In this document: piece by piece, positions 27,111 through 39,789 of the stretch
Layout of the letters: each line of letters begins with the position of its first letter
Position numbering within the stretch: the stretch's first letter is position 1
Source of the DNA: Octopus sinensis
Taxonomy: Eukaryota
NCBI RefSeq assembly: GCF_006345805.1
Contig: NC_043014.1
Location: forward strand, 27,714,001-27,778,000
DNA: 64,000 nucleotides
Reading direction: 5' to 3'
Program-made: the position numbers and the translations under genes
Notes under the pieces: model-generated
Database searches by the model: none
What the model was told of the DNA's origin: nothing
Seen by the model: the letters and a program-made list of their open reading frames with translations, nothing else

Positions 27111-29131
27111 TTAGCCTCAAATGTGCACAGTTGCCTACGTCACAAAACTGCTTTCTACGTCACACTAACAGAATGCAGTAACGTATTAAATATGAAAACA
27201 AGCAATCTCATTGGTTAAAATTTGCAGTTTTAATCTACGATTAAAGTCATAAAATAGATTTTTCTCAAATAAACTAGTTCCAACCTGTGTCTTGTTTTGA
27301 AACACTACCAGCATACGAAGTTTCAAATTATTTAGTTAAGTAGAAAGATCTGGGCTCCTGGCCACACAATTGAAAAGATCCAAATCCTGTAGATTGAGTG
27401 CATGTAAAGATTTGTTGGAAAAATTTTCCGAGGGATTGGGAAGGGAATTTCGGAAAATTCACAAGACCTGACATTTTCCCTCTCATAACTTTCTGGAAAT
27501 TGAGTATTTTTTAATGGAATTTTATACAAATATCTTTCAAGCAGTGTAGATTACGATTACAAAGAAATTTGCAGGCAAAATTTTTGGATGGGGGCTGGGG
27601 GAAGAGTTTCTGGAAAATGGAGTTTCAGATCAGACAGCCCACATAAGTTGGAATTTCTCCATTTTGATGGGGATTTTTTCCAATGTTTTTCACCAAAGTC
27701 TTCAGAATGATGAGAGGCATCTTTTCACGAAAAAAATGAAAAAAAGTTTGGAAATTTTTTCAGTCCTGCCACCCACTCACCATGCCAGTCTGAAATGATT
27801 TGGGGCAATTTTGTTTTTTTCATTATGCACTTAAAATCTGTGAGAAAAACATTTTCAGTTTTAAAAAAGTTATTGATAATTTCAGAGGAAACTGTGTTGT
27901 TTCTAGTACTTCCTGAAACCTCCCTCCTCATTTCTTTCTCACTCACAAATGTATTGATATTTTGCAATATTTCTCTCCCCATAAACAAATTTTATGGAAT
28001 GATGATGTTAAAGTAATACATATGTAGTCCCAACCGAGTGAGGCCGTGTTATGTGTGTGTGTAAGAAAAAAACCCACCTAAAACATCTTTAGTGTTCATA
28101 TTAATCTGTCAAATGTAATGCTTTTTGTTCACGTTATTTTGAATTATTCAGGTTCTAGAGGAGTGTCCACAATATTTGCTTGTAACTTTGTAAATTATTT
28201 ACATACAGATTTGAAATTTTGTCAGTGGGTACCTTATATACCACTAGTTTATAGTTATGTAATTTTAGCTGATCTTGCAGAGTAAATTTGACTTTTATGG
28301 GCAGATAAATTTAATTAACAGGTGTAAAAGCAATAACATTATGGATAAAACCTAAAATTGAAATTTTTAATGCATCTTACCTGTTTGATTTGTTACTAAA
28401 ATTATCCCAAATGGCAACCGACAAAAATATTGGCACTTTTCAAGATGAGGTATATTAATTTGAATTAATTAAAATACAGGTATAATCAGTACAAGATTTT
28501 ATTCTTTTGGTAAATATTTCATACCTCGATGTGGAATAATTTTTTTCCACAGTTTTTCGGATGCATTCAATTTATCTGACTGCCAAACCTGCCACAAGTC
28601 ACTTTTTTTCTGGAAAAGAAAGGTGGGAGGGGTGGTGGGGACCTCAAAGATTCCCACCAAAGGAATTTAGTTTCGCGAGTCTTTATTTTCTTTTCCAGGT
28701 TATTTTGCATGCTTTCAATGAATTTGACATCGAAATCACACGTAAATGGCTCCTTTTCCCAGAAAAGAAAAGACTTGGCTACTATTTCCAGCATGCCCTG
28801 CTACCACGTAACAGCTATTTGCATTCACACCAAAATATTTACCAACTTTTTTCCTTCCATTTATTTTTTCCACTTTACGGAAGTCAATATTTTCTCTATT
28901 GACCACCTCAGTTAATTTTGTTTTTCTCCCAGTTCTGTACTTTCTGGAAGAAAAGCCCTCACATTATCTCAAAGCCACATGAATTCACTAAAGGGTTAAA
29001 AAGTGCCAAAGCTATAAAATCAGCATTTTTGGCCTTTTTGAGGACTTTAGAACCTAAAACCTATAGTTTTTTTTTTTTTTTTGCTTTAGAATCAAAAAAT
29101 GCTGATTTTATAGTTTTAAATTTTAAACGGC

Positions 29132-29286
29132 CTAAAAAGGCCTGATTACATAGTTTTGGCCCTTTTTTTAGATTTTTAAAGGCTTTTAGAGCCAGAAAAG
29201 GGTAAAGGGCCTAAAAAGGGCTGATTACATAGTTTTGGCCCTTTTTTTTAGATTTTTAAAGGCTTTTAGAGCCATAAAAGGGTAAA
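29132..29286. repeat. ~79-bp tandem duplication
   Basis: ctaaaaagg.ctgattacatagttttggccc...ggcttttagagcca.aaaagggtaaa occurs twice. Confidence 0.85.
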
Positions 29287-29539
29287 AAAAAAAAAAAACT
29301 CAAATGAAACACAATATTAGTATTAAACTAAAAACTGAAGACAATAGAAACTTTTAAAGTTTACTGCTTTTTATGAAATTTTTGGGTTAATGAACTTGAG
29401 TTAACGGAAGTTAATTAGTCTGATAATGATTTTCAAAGTTAATTTAAAAGTTAAATCGGTAATTAAAATGTCAACTTCATTAACAGACTTACACCCAGCT
29501 CTGCACATATGTATATATATGCATATGGATGAGGACAGC

Positions 29540-30025
29540 TGCATAAAGAAGTGGTGAGCTTTAATTGTGGAGGGTACCTATGAAAGGGGGTAGGTCCAGG
29601 AAGTTGTGGCATGAAGTGGGGAGAAAGGATCTTTGGATGCTGGACCTCATCGAAGAAATGACAAGCAACTGAGAGATGTGAGGATTTGCTGTACTTGATA
29701 AGATGTATCAAGCTAAGTAAAATCGCTGTCTTCCACACATACAGGCTTGTCCTTTCAGTTGCCAGTGCCACTTAAAAAGCTCTCCATGCCAGTGCTGTGT
29801 TAATGCACCTGTACCAGTGCTATGTAAATGTATCCGTGCCATCAGCATGTAAAAGGTATCCAGTATGCTCTGTTAAATGGGTGGCATTAGAAAGAGCATC
29901 CAGCTGTAGAAACCATACCACAACAGACAGTTGGAGCCTGCACAGCTCCCTACCAGCCATCTCTATGTCAGACCCTCCAACCCATGCTAACATGGAAAGA
30001 GGATGTTAAATGATGATGATGATGA
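29540..30025 (+). mobile_element. RTE LINE 3' end
   Basis: Decayed RGRPRKTW-like region, DLWMLDLIEEMTS...QAK*, then 3'UTR and ggatgttaaatgatgatgatgatga tail. Confidence 0.75.
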
Positions 30026-30089
30026 ATGATATATATATATAGTATATATATATATATAATATATATATATATATATAATATATATATAT

Positions 30090-30760
30090 CATCATGTTGA
30101 ACTGTTAATAATCCTATGCATTTTTTCTACATTTTTTTTTCCTCTCATCCCTTTCTATCAAAGAGCATAGGCTTGAAAGGTCAAAAGTTTTTTCATTCTG
30201 TTTGAGCATCAAACTAATACACCTACTTATTATTCCCACACCTGTCTTTTGTTTTCTGTAAATTTGAACTATATATATATATATATATAGTTAATCCAAA
30301 CATGAAAAAACACAACACGAGGACGTAGAATAAGTATAGTGTTATTGGATACTCAGGGAAGGAAATTAAGAAGGAAGATTTCACGTGGAGCTCTTCGTCA
30401 GAAAAATAGAAAAAAAGAAAAGTCTAAAGAAGGGCAGACGGAGAAAGAAAATCCCCAAAGATACACAGATACACACGCGGTCACATATCGAAATGACCGG
30501 AAGGGAATGGGTGAAGAAAAAGTTCTTTCAAAAACAGGAGAGTGCAAAAGGAGGTATGTGTGGATATGTGCATGCACGCAGGTCTGTGTGTGTGTGGTGT
30601 GTGTGTGTATGTGTGTGTGGTTGTGGCTGTTTATCTGTGTGTGGTTGGGCATAGTATCTAAGGTCACAGGAAGAATTTATAGTAAGAATTTTGGTAGGAG
30701 TGGCTGCCTGTTGTGTGTCTACCTACCCATGTGCTTAGAAGAATGGTCAGTAGAAGGTAC
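30090..30760. mobile_element. Two convergent Penelope-derived units (+ 30090-30270, - 30290-30760) meeting at a (TA)n tract
   Basis: Hammerhead-like remnants at +30155-30187 (ctatcaaaGAGCatagGCTTgaaaggtcaaaag) and -30375-30401 (CTGACGAagagctccacgtGAAA). Confidence 0.55.
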
Positions 30761-30769
30761 TGGTAGTTT

Positions 30770-31270
30770 GAGGTATGTGTGTGTGCGTGTATGTATATGT
30801 AGTGTGTGTGTGTTCTGTTTGCAGTGTGTGTGTATGTGTGTGTGTCCATGTGTGTATGTGTGCTTGTATGTGCATGTGTGTGTGTGCGGTGTGTGTATGG
30901 GCGGTATGTGTGGGTTCATTTATGTGTGCATTTGTATATACATGTGTACATGTGTGTGCGTATGTGGGTGTATATACGTGTATGCGTGGGGTTGTGAGTG
31001 TTAGGTATGTGTGCATTCGTGTGCATGTGTGTATGTGTGTGCATGTGTGTGTATGTGTCTATATGTGTATGCATATGTGTATGTGTGTGTGCATGTATGC
31101 ATATATTGTGTGTGTATGTATATGTATGCGTGTGTATGTGAATTTGTGTATGCGTGTGTGCGTGGGTTGTGTGGGGTTTGTATAGGCATATATGTGCGTA
31201 CCTGTGTGTATGTGCTTGCATGCATGTGCTTATGTGCGTGTGTGCATGTATATATATACATACATATATA
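30770..31270. repeat. Degenerate (GT)/(ATGT) microsatellite block
   Basis: Directly visible; source of the VCVC/HTHT ORFs. Confidence 0.95.
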
Positions 31271-32270
31271 TAGGTTTCATCTGTTAGCATGCCATGCTTG
31301 CCATCACAATACCATGGAAACGAAAATTATTTCATGTAGTATCATTTTATGCAGTATCATATGGATTGAAGTTATACATCCTCTTCCACCTTCTTGCCAC
31401 TGCTGCTGTCACCACCACCACCACTTTAACAACCACTTTTTCTTCTTTGTATGTGTTAAGCAGATTTTCTATGACCAGACATTTTTCCTGTTACCGATTC
31501 TCGTCAATTTCTAAGTAAGCTAATAGTTCCATTTGGCCAGACACATTTTCAGGGAAGACTTGAAATGAATGATATTGCTTGTATGATGACAACACTCACA
31601 TACAATCATCTGATGATGTTAAAACAAGGAGACACAAATATTCACACACACACACACACACACACACACGCATACACATACAGGTTTCTTTCAGTGTCTG
31701 TCTACCAAATCCACTCACAAGACTCTGGTTGATCCAAGGTTGTACAAGAAGACACCTGCCCAAAGTGCCATGCAGTGGGATTGAATCTGTAACCATGTGG
31801 TTAACAAGTATATTCCTTAACCATACACCATACCTACATCTATACACTTACAACAGATACATTTTAGTAGTTACTAGCTCAAATAAAATATAGAAAAGCA
31901 AGAAAGTTACAAAATATTACATTCCTAATATCCATTTAATTCTATGCAATAATTTCAATAATTTTGTTTTCTATATTTCTATCTCTAATTCTAAAATTAG
32001 TACAAAATGAAAAACCTGCCCCAGAAGAGACACAGGCATGTCTGTGTAGTTGAAAATTTGAAAAGTTTCCCATTGAGGTGTTTTTGAGCTCAATCCCAGT
32101 ATGACCACCTTGGGCAAGTGTCTTTCACTATAACTCCAGGTTGACCAAAAGCCTGAGAGAGGACTTGATAGTTGGATGAAAGAAGACCTTGTATCTATAC
32201 ACACACATACATATGTCTATATATACATACACACACACACACACAACACACACCACACACACACAACACC

Positions 32271-32304
<34 letters not shown>

Positions 32305-32310
32305 GATATA

Positions 32311-33560
32311 TAGGGCCATCCCATAAATAATGTGGGTTTTTCAATTACATGAACTAAAAGTCGGAGGGGGTTGGGATACACTACCTGCATCAACTTGCTA
32401 TAAAAGCAGGTAGCAATTTTACCTTGTCCTTATTCTTAGTGCAAGTTTTGAAGAGTGCAGTTTAATCTTCACAGTTATTTTTTCAAAGCTATTACAGAAG
32501 TGACAAAGGAGCATATTCGGCATATTTTGCTTTATGAGTTCAATAAAAGCAACAACACAAGGAATATTAATGCAGTATATGGGGATCGGAAATAAGCATA
32601 AGCCAGTGTCAACTGTGGTTTCAGAAATTCTGAACTGGAAACTACAGTCTAGAAGATGTGCCTTGTCCTGGAAGATCAGTAGAGCTTGACGAAGACGTCC
32701 CGCAAACACTGGTGGAACAAAATCCCATCATAACTGTTTAGGAACTATCAGAGAAGCTTGGATTTGGTCATTCAATCCTTCATCGACACCTGCATGCCAT
32801 CAGAAAAGTCAGTAAATTGGGTCAATGGGTTCCTCACAAACTTTCCAAGTGTAATCACGTGCAGAGAGTGAATGTGTCATCTTCTTTGCTGTCATATCTC
32901 ATGAATGAAACTTTTTTGGACCGAATAGCGACTGGTGATGAGAAATGGATTCTCTGTAAAAATGTCAAGCACCAAAGGCAGTGGGCAGGGAAAGGAGAAA
33001 CAGTGGCACCCCAGGTTAAAGAAGGTTTTCACCCATGTAACGCTTTGTTATCTGTTTGGTGGGATATGAAAATCCACTTTGAACTTTTAAACCCAAACCT
33101 AATGATAACAAAGGAGATCTACTTCAAGCAGCTTGAGCAGCTTAAGTCAGCACTAGAAGAAAAACAGCCATCTTTGGTTTCAAGATGAAAGGTAGTCTTG
33201 CAAATAAGTTAATGCTTGGTTACATATAGCTGAAGCAGTTTGAATGGGAAACGATGCTCCACTCACCATATTCGTCAAACATTGCACCATCTGATAATCA
33301 TTTATTCTGCAGTCTTCAAAATCATTTGGACGGAAAAAATAGGAATTCTGTAGATGAGGTCAGAACAGTACTGGAGGAGTATTTTTTCATCACAGACAAG
33401 TGAATTTTGGAAGAGGGACCTTGCAAGTCTCCCAGATAGATGGAAGAGCATTGCAGAAAATGAAGGAGAGTATATTTTAGATTATAAAAGAACTTTGTTT
33501 ATCTTAATTTTGAAAAATAAAAGAAGTATAAAAAAACTACATTATTTATGGGATGGCCTA
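32311..33560 (+). mobile_element. Full-length mariner (DD34D-type), pseudogenised
   Basis: TIR ggccatcccataaataatg at both ends in TA context. Peptides HIRHILLYEFNK, GQWVPHKLS, FLDRIATGDEKW, LLSVWWDMK, HSPYSSNIAPSDNHLF, LPDRWKSIAENEGEY; multiple frameshifts. Confidence 0.93.
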
Positions 33561-34290
33561 ATGTATATATATATATGTGAGACTGAATGTGTGTATGTAT
33601 GTATGTATGTATGTATGTATGTATGTATGTATGTATGTATGTATGTATATCACCGAAAGGGTCTGAAATGGTGCATCCTCAAGAAAAACAGATTTTGATT
33701 TTTGAAATCTGTGTCCCAAGGAGAAGGTTTTTGGTAAATAGTAATGAAAAATATACTTTGATACATGAAATAACTCAACTTTCAGATTGCCAAATCTCCT
33801 TCTCTCCATCTGTCCTATCAGTTTATCTGTCTCTCCGTCTTCTACAATTTTTCTCATCTCTCTGTCTTTATATATTTACCACACTCTCTCTCACTCTTTC
33901 TCTGTATATGTATATCTCTCATGGATGCTGCAATCCCTCTTTCCCTTGATATGACATGTAATTGCTTTCATTTTGCTTCCAAATCCTTCTTCTGACTGAA
34001 TGAAAATGACCAAACTTTAAACTTCTGTAACATTTTTCTAAAAATTTTACTGGAATAAATGAATCACAAAATAGGATTCAGAGTAAAAAATTACATCAAT
34101 ATACCAAATCTGAAAATTTTCACTTGATTTTAAAATTTCAAAATCTGTGACAGCAACAGAAAAGTTCCTTTCTCTCTATCTATTTCATTTGGTCTTTTAT
34201 ACTTTTCTTTTCTACATTTACCACATCCTCTCTTACTCTTTCTCACTTTAAATGTATATCACTCATGCTGAGTGGGTGTCTGTTTCAGCT

Positions 34291-34332
<42 letters not shown>

Positions 34333-34574
34333 CATGCACATATGTGTGCATCAGTGTGTATGCGTATGCATGTGTGTAAGGAATTTCATTAGGGCAACAG
34401 AATCAAGAGACTCTCACAATACATCAGCAGTGAGTTCAAGAGGTAGCTGAACAGAGGAGGAATAAACTTGGTGATATGCAACTTCAAGCCTCTGTTGTAT
34501 GTTCTTAGGAGAGACCCGAGCATAAGATGCATCAATTAGATGATAAGCACATATAAGATTGCTGCACAGACTCA

Positions 34575-34720
34575 GGAGATGATGTCCCATTTCAATTCTA
34601 ATGACTTCAATTTCCAGTGAGTCTCAGTTTTACCATGACCATCAACAAATCACAAGGTCATCAGCTTTCCCATACTGGTTCAGACACCCACAGACTAATT
34701 TCAGGGTATTTGTCCTTTAT
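34575..34720 (+). mobile_element. Helitron (PIF1) helicase motif VI fragment
   Basis: DDVPFQF..LQFPVSLSFTMTINKSQG resembles the QFPVRLAFAMTINKSQG consensus. Confidence 0.75.
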
Positions 34721-35479
34721 CAATGTGGAATAGTCAAACCCAGCAGGCGTCGCCATTGACTGTCTGTTCATTGTGTTGTAACATGAGGAAAGCAAGCAAA
34801 TATAGCTTCCTGCTGCAAATGCAAGCTAGACTCTCTAAGGGGAGAAAATCTGATCTATTTAAGGAAATTGCTAGACTCCACAGAGATGTGAAAGGTTTTT
34901 CTGCCAAGAGAACACATAATCCATTTGAGCGCATCTGATTGGTTGAACAGGTAATTTGGTGTATTTGTTCAGGGGATAAACTGTGCTTAAAAACTAACCA
35001 ATCAGGGCAAATAGTTAAAACATGATCTTTATAACTAAGTGCTCTCTGCTATGTCCAAACAACAGCTTTAAATATAAGGGAGAGAAAATAGTCTGTCATT
35101 TATGCTTTTGTCAATCCATTCTGCTACAGAACTCCCCAACCAGAACATTTGTAGGACACAACTGTGTGATGATAGGAAAGAACTGCTAGCAAAAATGGTA
35201 AAGACAAAAGGGTTGAACAAGCTAGTACAGTTATTAGAGTGCATGCGGAATTATGCAGAGCAAGAAAAATACAGTATCTTACAACAAAATAAAATGTGTG
35301 AAAATTTAAACAAGGTGAAAAAAGAATGTAGGAAATTTGCATATAAATAGTAAAGCATAGAAATGCATGCTTTGAATGCAAAATAAACATCACATAAAAA
35401 TACATAGAAAAATGCATGATTACAAAAAACAGGCAGTCATGGAATTATTTTTAAATATATAGTTTTGCAAGTTTTTTTG

Positions 35480-37292
35480 TCAGTGGACCTTGTGCCCACT
35501 GCATGTGGTGGTGGTATGAGAAGATGAAGGGGTAGATGACTGTGTTGTTGATGCTGGTGAAGGTATAGGTGTGATAACTGCAGTATTTTGTGGTTCAAAA
35601 TGAAGGAGGATGTTTGGTTTCTGAGTGAGGGCTTCAGCAAAAGCATGCTTCACCCTGTCAACAGATACTGTTTCTTTTTTGCCATTAATGTCTATGGTAA
35701 AACGTTTGTCAGTCTTTGCTAGGACATGATAAGGTCCTTTATATAGTTGTGTGAGCAGTCCTCTCACAGAATCGTCCTTCAAAATACATGAGTCCATGAG
35801 GAAATGTCTTGTGGAACAAAAGAAGGTATAGACTGTCGTCGAGAAGACGTAGGCAGTAGATCAGCAAAATAGGTACGTAAGCAATGTACATATGCATTGG
35901 GATCTTGAGCAGCTAAATTCACAGGGGTAAACATTTGATCCAGGAGTGACAAAAGCATGCTGTAAAGTAGTTCGGCAGGCATAAAACCAAGATCTTCTAT
36001 CACAGAGGATCTACAACCCTAAAGAACAACAGGAAGGTACTCACTCTAGTGGTGAGGATCTGGACAGGATCATTGTGCAGCTTTGAATTGACAATGAAAT
36101 CATTCTACTATCCCATTAGATGCCGGGTGGTAGCTGGTGGTGTAGATGTGCTTAACACCCAACAACTTTGACAGTTCTGCAAACAGCTGTGACTCAAATT
36201 GTTTGCCATGGTCAGTTGTGATTCATAAAGGAACACTGAAATGAGAAATCCAAGTGGCTATGAAAGCTTGGGCGACAGACTCTGCTGCAATATCACATAA
36301 AGGAACAGCCTCTGGCCTGCATGTAAAGCAGTCTATACTTGTGAGGATGTAAGTCCATTGCTGACAGGCCAAGGACTGACTAGGTCAATATGGACATGTT
36401 GAAAACAGGCATCTGGTTGTTTGAAAGTGCTAAGGGGTGTTCGAATGTGTCTATGTATCTTTGAATGCTGACACTGCTGGCAATTCCGAGACCATGTGGT
36501 AATATGCCGATGCATACTTGGCCAGAAGAATTGGGCCGAAATTATCTTTACCAATGTGGAGATGCCAGGATGAGAGAGCAAGTGCAAAGCATTGAAACAT
36601 GTTTCTGGTGTGCTCAGGAACTAATGGTCGTGGACTCCATAAAACATCACACAGGATTGGTCTTCTCATCAGTTGGGAGTGGTATGTACTTGAATTGACA
36701 AGTAGAAAATTTGTCAGAGCCGATGCATACTTGGCCAGAAGAATTGGGCCGAAATTATCTTTACCAATGTGGAGATGCCAGGATGAGAGAGCAAGTGCAA
36801 AGCATTGAAAACATGTTTCTGGTGGTGCTCAGGAACTAATGGTCGTGGATCTCCAATAAAAACATCACACAGGATTGTCTTCTCATCAGTTGGGAGTGGT
36901 ATGTACTTGAATTGACAAGTAGAAAATTTGTCAGATGTAGTATCTAATGAGGTCAAAACAGGTTATCTCTGAAGTGGAAGATAGAGAACAAATAGGAAGT
37001 CTAGATAAAGCATTTGCGACTGAGGAGCTAAACACTGTATTGCTTGAATTTTCTCAGGCAGAGGATGAATTCCATCGCTGTCTATGAGATGTCCCAAAAT
37101 TTCCAAAGAGGAGGAACCAAAAACCCCTTTTAGTACATAGACAGATGTTGAACTAGCAGTGTTAAGTGTTGAATGTGTTCTGGAGTAAAACTTGTGGTAA
37201 GCAGATCATCAATATAAGCAAAAGTGAAATGCAAACCATGAACAACTTCACCAATAAACCTCTGGAATGTGCAAGCAGCATTCCTGAGTCCA
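35480..37292 (-). mobile_element. Ty3/Gypsy pol remnant (RT with YIDD, RNase H deleted, integrase)
   Basis: PFGLRNAACTFQRF...FAYIDDLL, LGHLIDSDGIHPLPEKIQAI joined directly to VANALSRL, HPGI...FFWPSM...CQQC, HVHIDLV, YKGPYHVL...VSVDRVKHAF. Confidence 0.92.
36506..36935. repeat. ~213-217-bp tandem duplication inside Gypsy pol
   Basis: Copies start at 36506 and 36719; the differences I can see are single-base indels. Confidence 0.9.
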
Positions 37293-37983
37293 AAAGGCAA
37301 AACTAACACACACCCACTCAATCCAACCATAAACATTTAAGGCCAACTGACTGACCAAACTACTTCTTGGTGAAAGAAAACTTGATAAAGATGGTTGCCC
37401 AGTTGCTTGTGTAGTAAAATACTCTGGATGCTGGTTTTTTATATGATTCATATGATTTGTCCATCCTGTTCCTTTTTTCTACATTTGCATTTCCATACAT
37501 GTTCACTGTCTGTTTGGTTAAAATATTTTCTGACGATTTGCTCATTTTCACACAGCATGGGTTAGTTTAAAATAAAAGATATTTTGCCATTCCACTGATG
37601 AAAGTCTGATTCAGTTAATATGTTGGAGCGGAAATCAAGATACAACCACATTGCTGGTGAAGTTACGATTTAATGACTTGTTTTCAGCAGTCAGAACCAA
37701 GAATCACTCAACAGCAATTATTTGACAACATATCCAATAGTCATTTCCCAAGCACGACAATGTGTGAATCATTCTCAGCAGTCAGAACAAAGCATCAACA
37801 CAATATCTCAAATAATAATAGAATTCTGTATTTGCCAATTGAATGAAATATGAGCCATAGGAAAAACTTTCGCTAACAATGTTGCAATTAAGTGATATGA
37901 TAGCAATTATTTGGAGTCCAATCAATTAACAGGACCAATATATTGCAATTAATTTTTCAGCAACTAATTTTTTACAACCCTTG
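37292..37983 (-). mobile_element. hAT transposon 5' end with BED-finger-like transposase N-terminus
   Basis: Terminus caagggttgtaaaaaattag at 37983; peptides RKYFNQTDSEHVWKCKC, GWTNHMNHIKNQHPEY, LALNVYGWIEWVC. Confidence 0.65.
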
Positions 37984-38094
37984 GGACAAACACATGCATA
38001 CATACACACACACATATGCATACATACACACACATCCATCCATCCGCCTGTCCATCCATCCATCCATACATACATTACACAAAACTAAGAAAAA

Positions 38095-39420
38095 TATAGC
38101 AGTCTGAACTCCCCTCTTACAACAAGACAATATCACACAATGCATTTGCAGTACCAGTGCTGATTCCAAGATTTGGAATACTTGACTGGTCTGTAGAAGA
38201 AATCCACTCCATAGATATTAAAACCCACAAGATTTTAACATCAACTGGAAATCTCTACAAAAATAGTGATATTGACAGGCTCTACCTAAGAAGAGATAAA
38301 TGAGGTAGAGGCTTGAGATGAGTGCAGACAGCCTTTGAATGTCGCATAGTCTCTCTCAGACAGCACTTGCTAGACAACAACAGTAGAAATAAATACATTA
38401 ACAGTGGTGGAAACAGAAGAAAACTATATCCTGTGTGTTGGAAGTGAGCTCCTCAGGAATTATTCTTTTCCTGATGACCTCCCATACAATCCCAAATCAG
38501 CCAGACAAGCATACCTCAAAGAAGACCTGGAAGTGAAACACTCAGCATACCAAAAAAAAAAGAAGACCTTGCATGGGTATGTTTCTCAAAGACTTGAAGA
38601 TAGTAACATTGACATGAAGTGAAGCCTCTCTTAGACTCATGACTGCTCTGTCACATCACACTTTGAAGGCTATGCATTTGCAATCCAAGGACAGGAGATT
38701 GTAACTAAATACGTAATGAGCAAAAGAGACAGTGAAGCCCTTGGAGTTCCAAGATGCAACCAAAAATGCAGATTATGTCATTTATCTGAGGAAGACATCA
38801 CACATGTAATTAACAGCTGTCCAAAAATGTCATCAAGATACTACCTCCCTATACGACATGATGTTGTCACAAAAACAATATACAATGCCATTTGGAAAAA
38901 AGATTGTCCTGGAATATAAAGAATTCCCCTGTTATTGAATACATACATAAATATTAGCACAAGGAATACTGGTGGAACATTCCCATAAAAACATCTGTCA
39001 AATGTAAGTATAATAGTCTGGATATTGTTGTTTGGGACAAAAAAGAAAAAAGTATGTACCATCATAGAGATCAGCTGTCCTGCAGATGTGAATATCACTT
39101 TGAAAAAAGAAGATAACTATGGACAACTTCTTTGAAACCTCTAGCTTCTATATCTGGATTACAAATTTACATTTACACCAATAAATAATTGGAGTACTTG
39201 GTTTTGTAAGTAAATGCCTAACTATTAGTTTGGATAAGCTTGGATTTTCAGAAAAAGGAAATCAACCAACTGATTCATACATTACAAATACAATCTGTGA
39301 GTAGAACAGTAAAACTTTGCAAGACTTTTCTCAGGTTTAAAATGTGACATTGTTTTCGTTATCTACATTCCAAATATGGAGCTTTGTATCTTTGTTAGAA
39401 ACCAGGTCCTTCTTCAGAGG
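38095..39420 (+). mobile_element. RLE-type non-LTR retrotransposon (R4/Dong-like), 5'-truncated
   Basis: NAFAVPVL..FGILDWS...DIKTHKILT...DIDRLYL..GRGL; CCHC CRLCHLSEEDITHVINSC; RHD; DIVVWDKKEKVCTIIEISCP. Confidence 0.85.
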
Positions 39421-39789
39421 AAAAATTTAAATGATTGAAAGCAGAAAAGACACATACATATGACTGGCTTCCTTCAGTCTCTGCCAACCAAATACATTCA
39501 TATGGCTTTAGTCAGCCTGGGACTATAATAGAAGATACTTGCCCAAGGTGTCACAAAGTGGGATGGAACTAATGCTTGGCAACCAATGCTGGTTTATTTA
39601 TGTCCCCATAACTTAGTAGTTCAGCTTAAAAAAACTGACAGAACAGGTACCAGGCTTAGAAAAAAAGTACTGTTCGACTTACTCCTTCAAGGCTGTGACC
39701 CAGCATGGGCGTAGTTTAATGATGGAAACAAGTAAAAGATAGAGAATTAATTGAAATTTCCTGTTACTTACTAGTTTCTCTCAAAGGAA

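Larger units (their letters stand above)
26076..29503. mobile_element. Non-autonomous hAT element (~3.4 kb), 8-bp TSD
   Basis: Termini cagaggtggg... and ...cccagctctg; flanks catgtatg and cacatatg (6/8 identical); many subterminal gttaat/ttaac motifs; no transposase seen. Confidence 0.8.

Noticed and set aside
30339-31004. Longest ORF in the track (221 aa)
   Set aside because: A purine-rich repeat fused to a GT microsatellite; low-complexity product.
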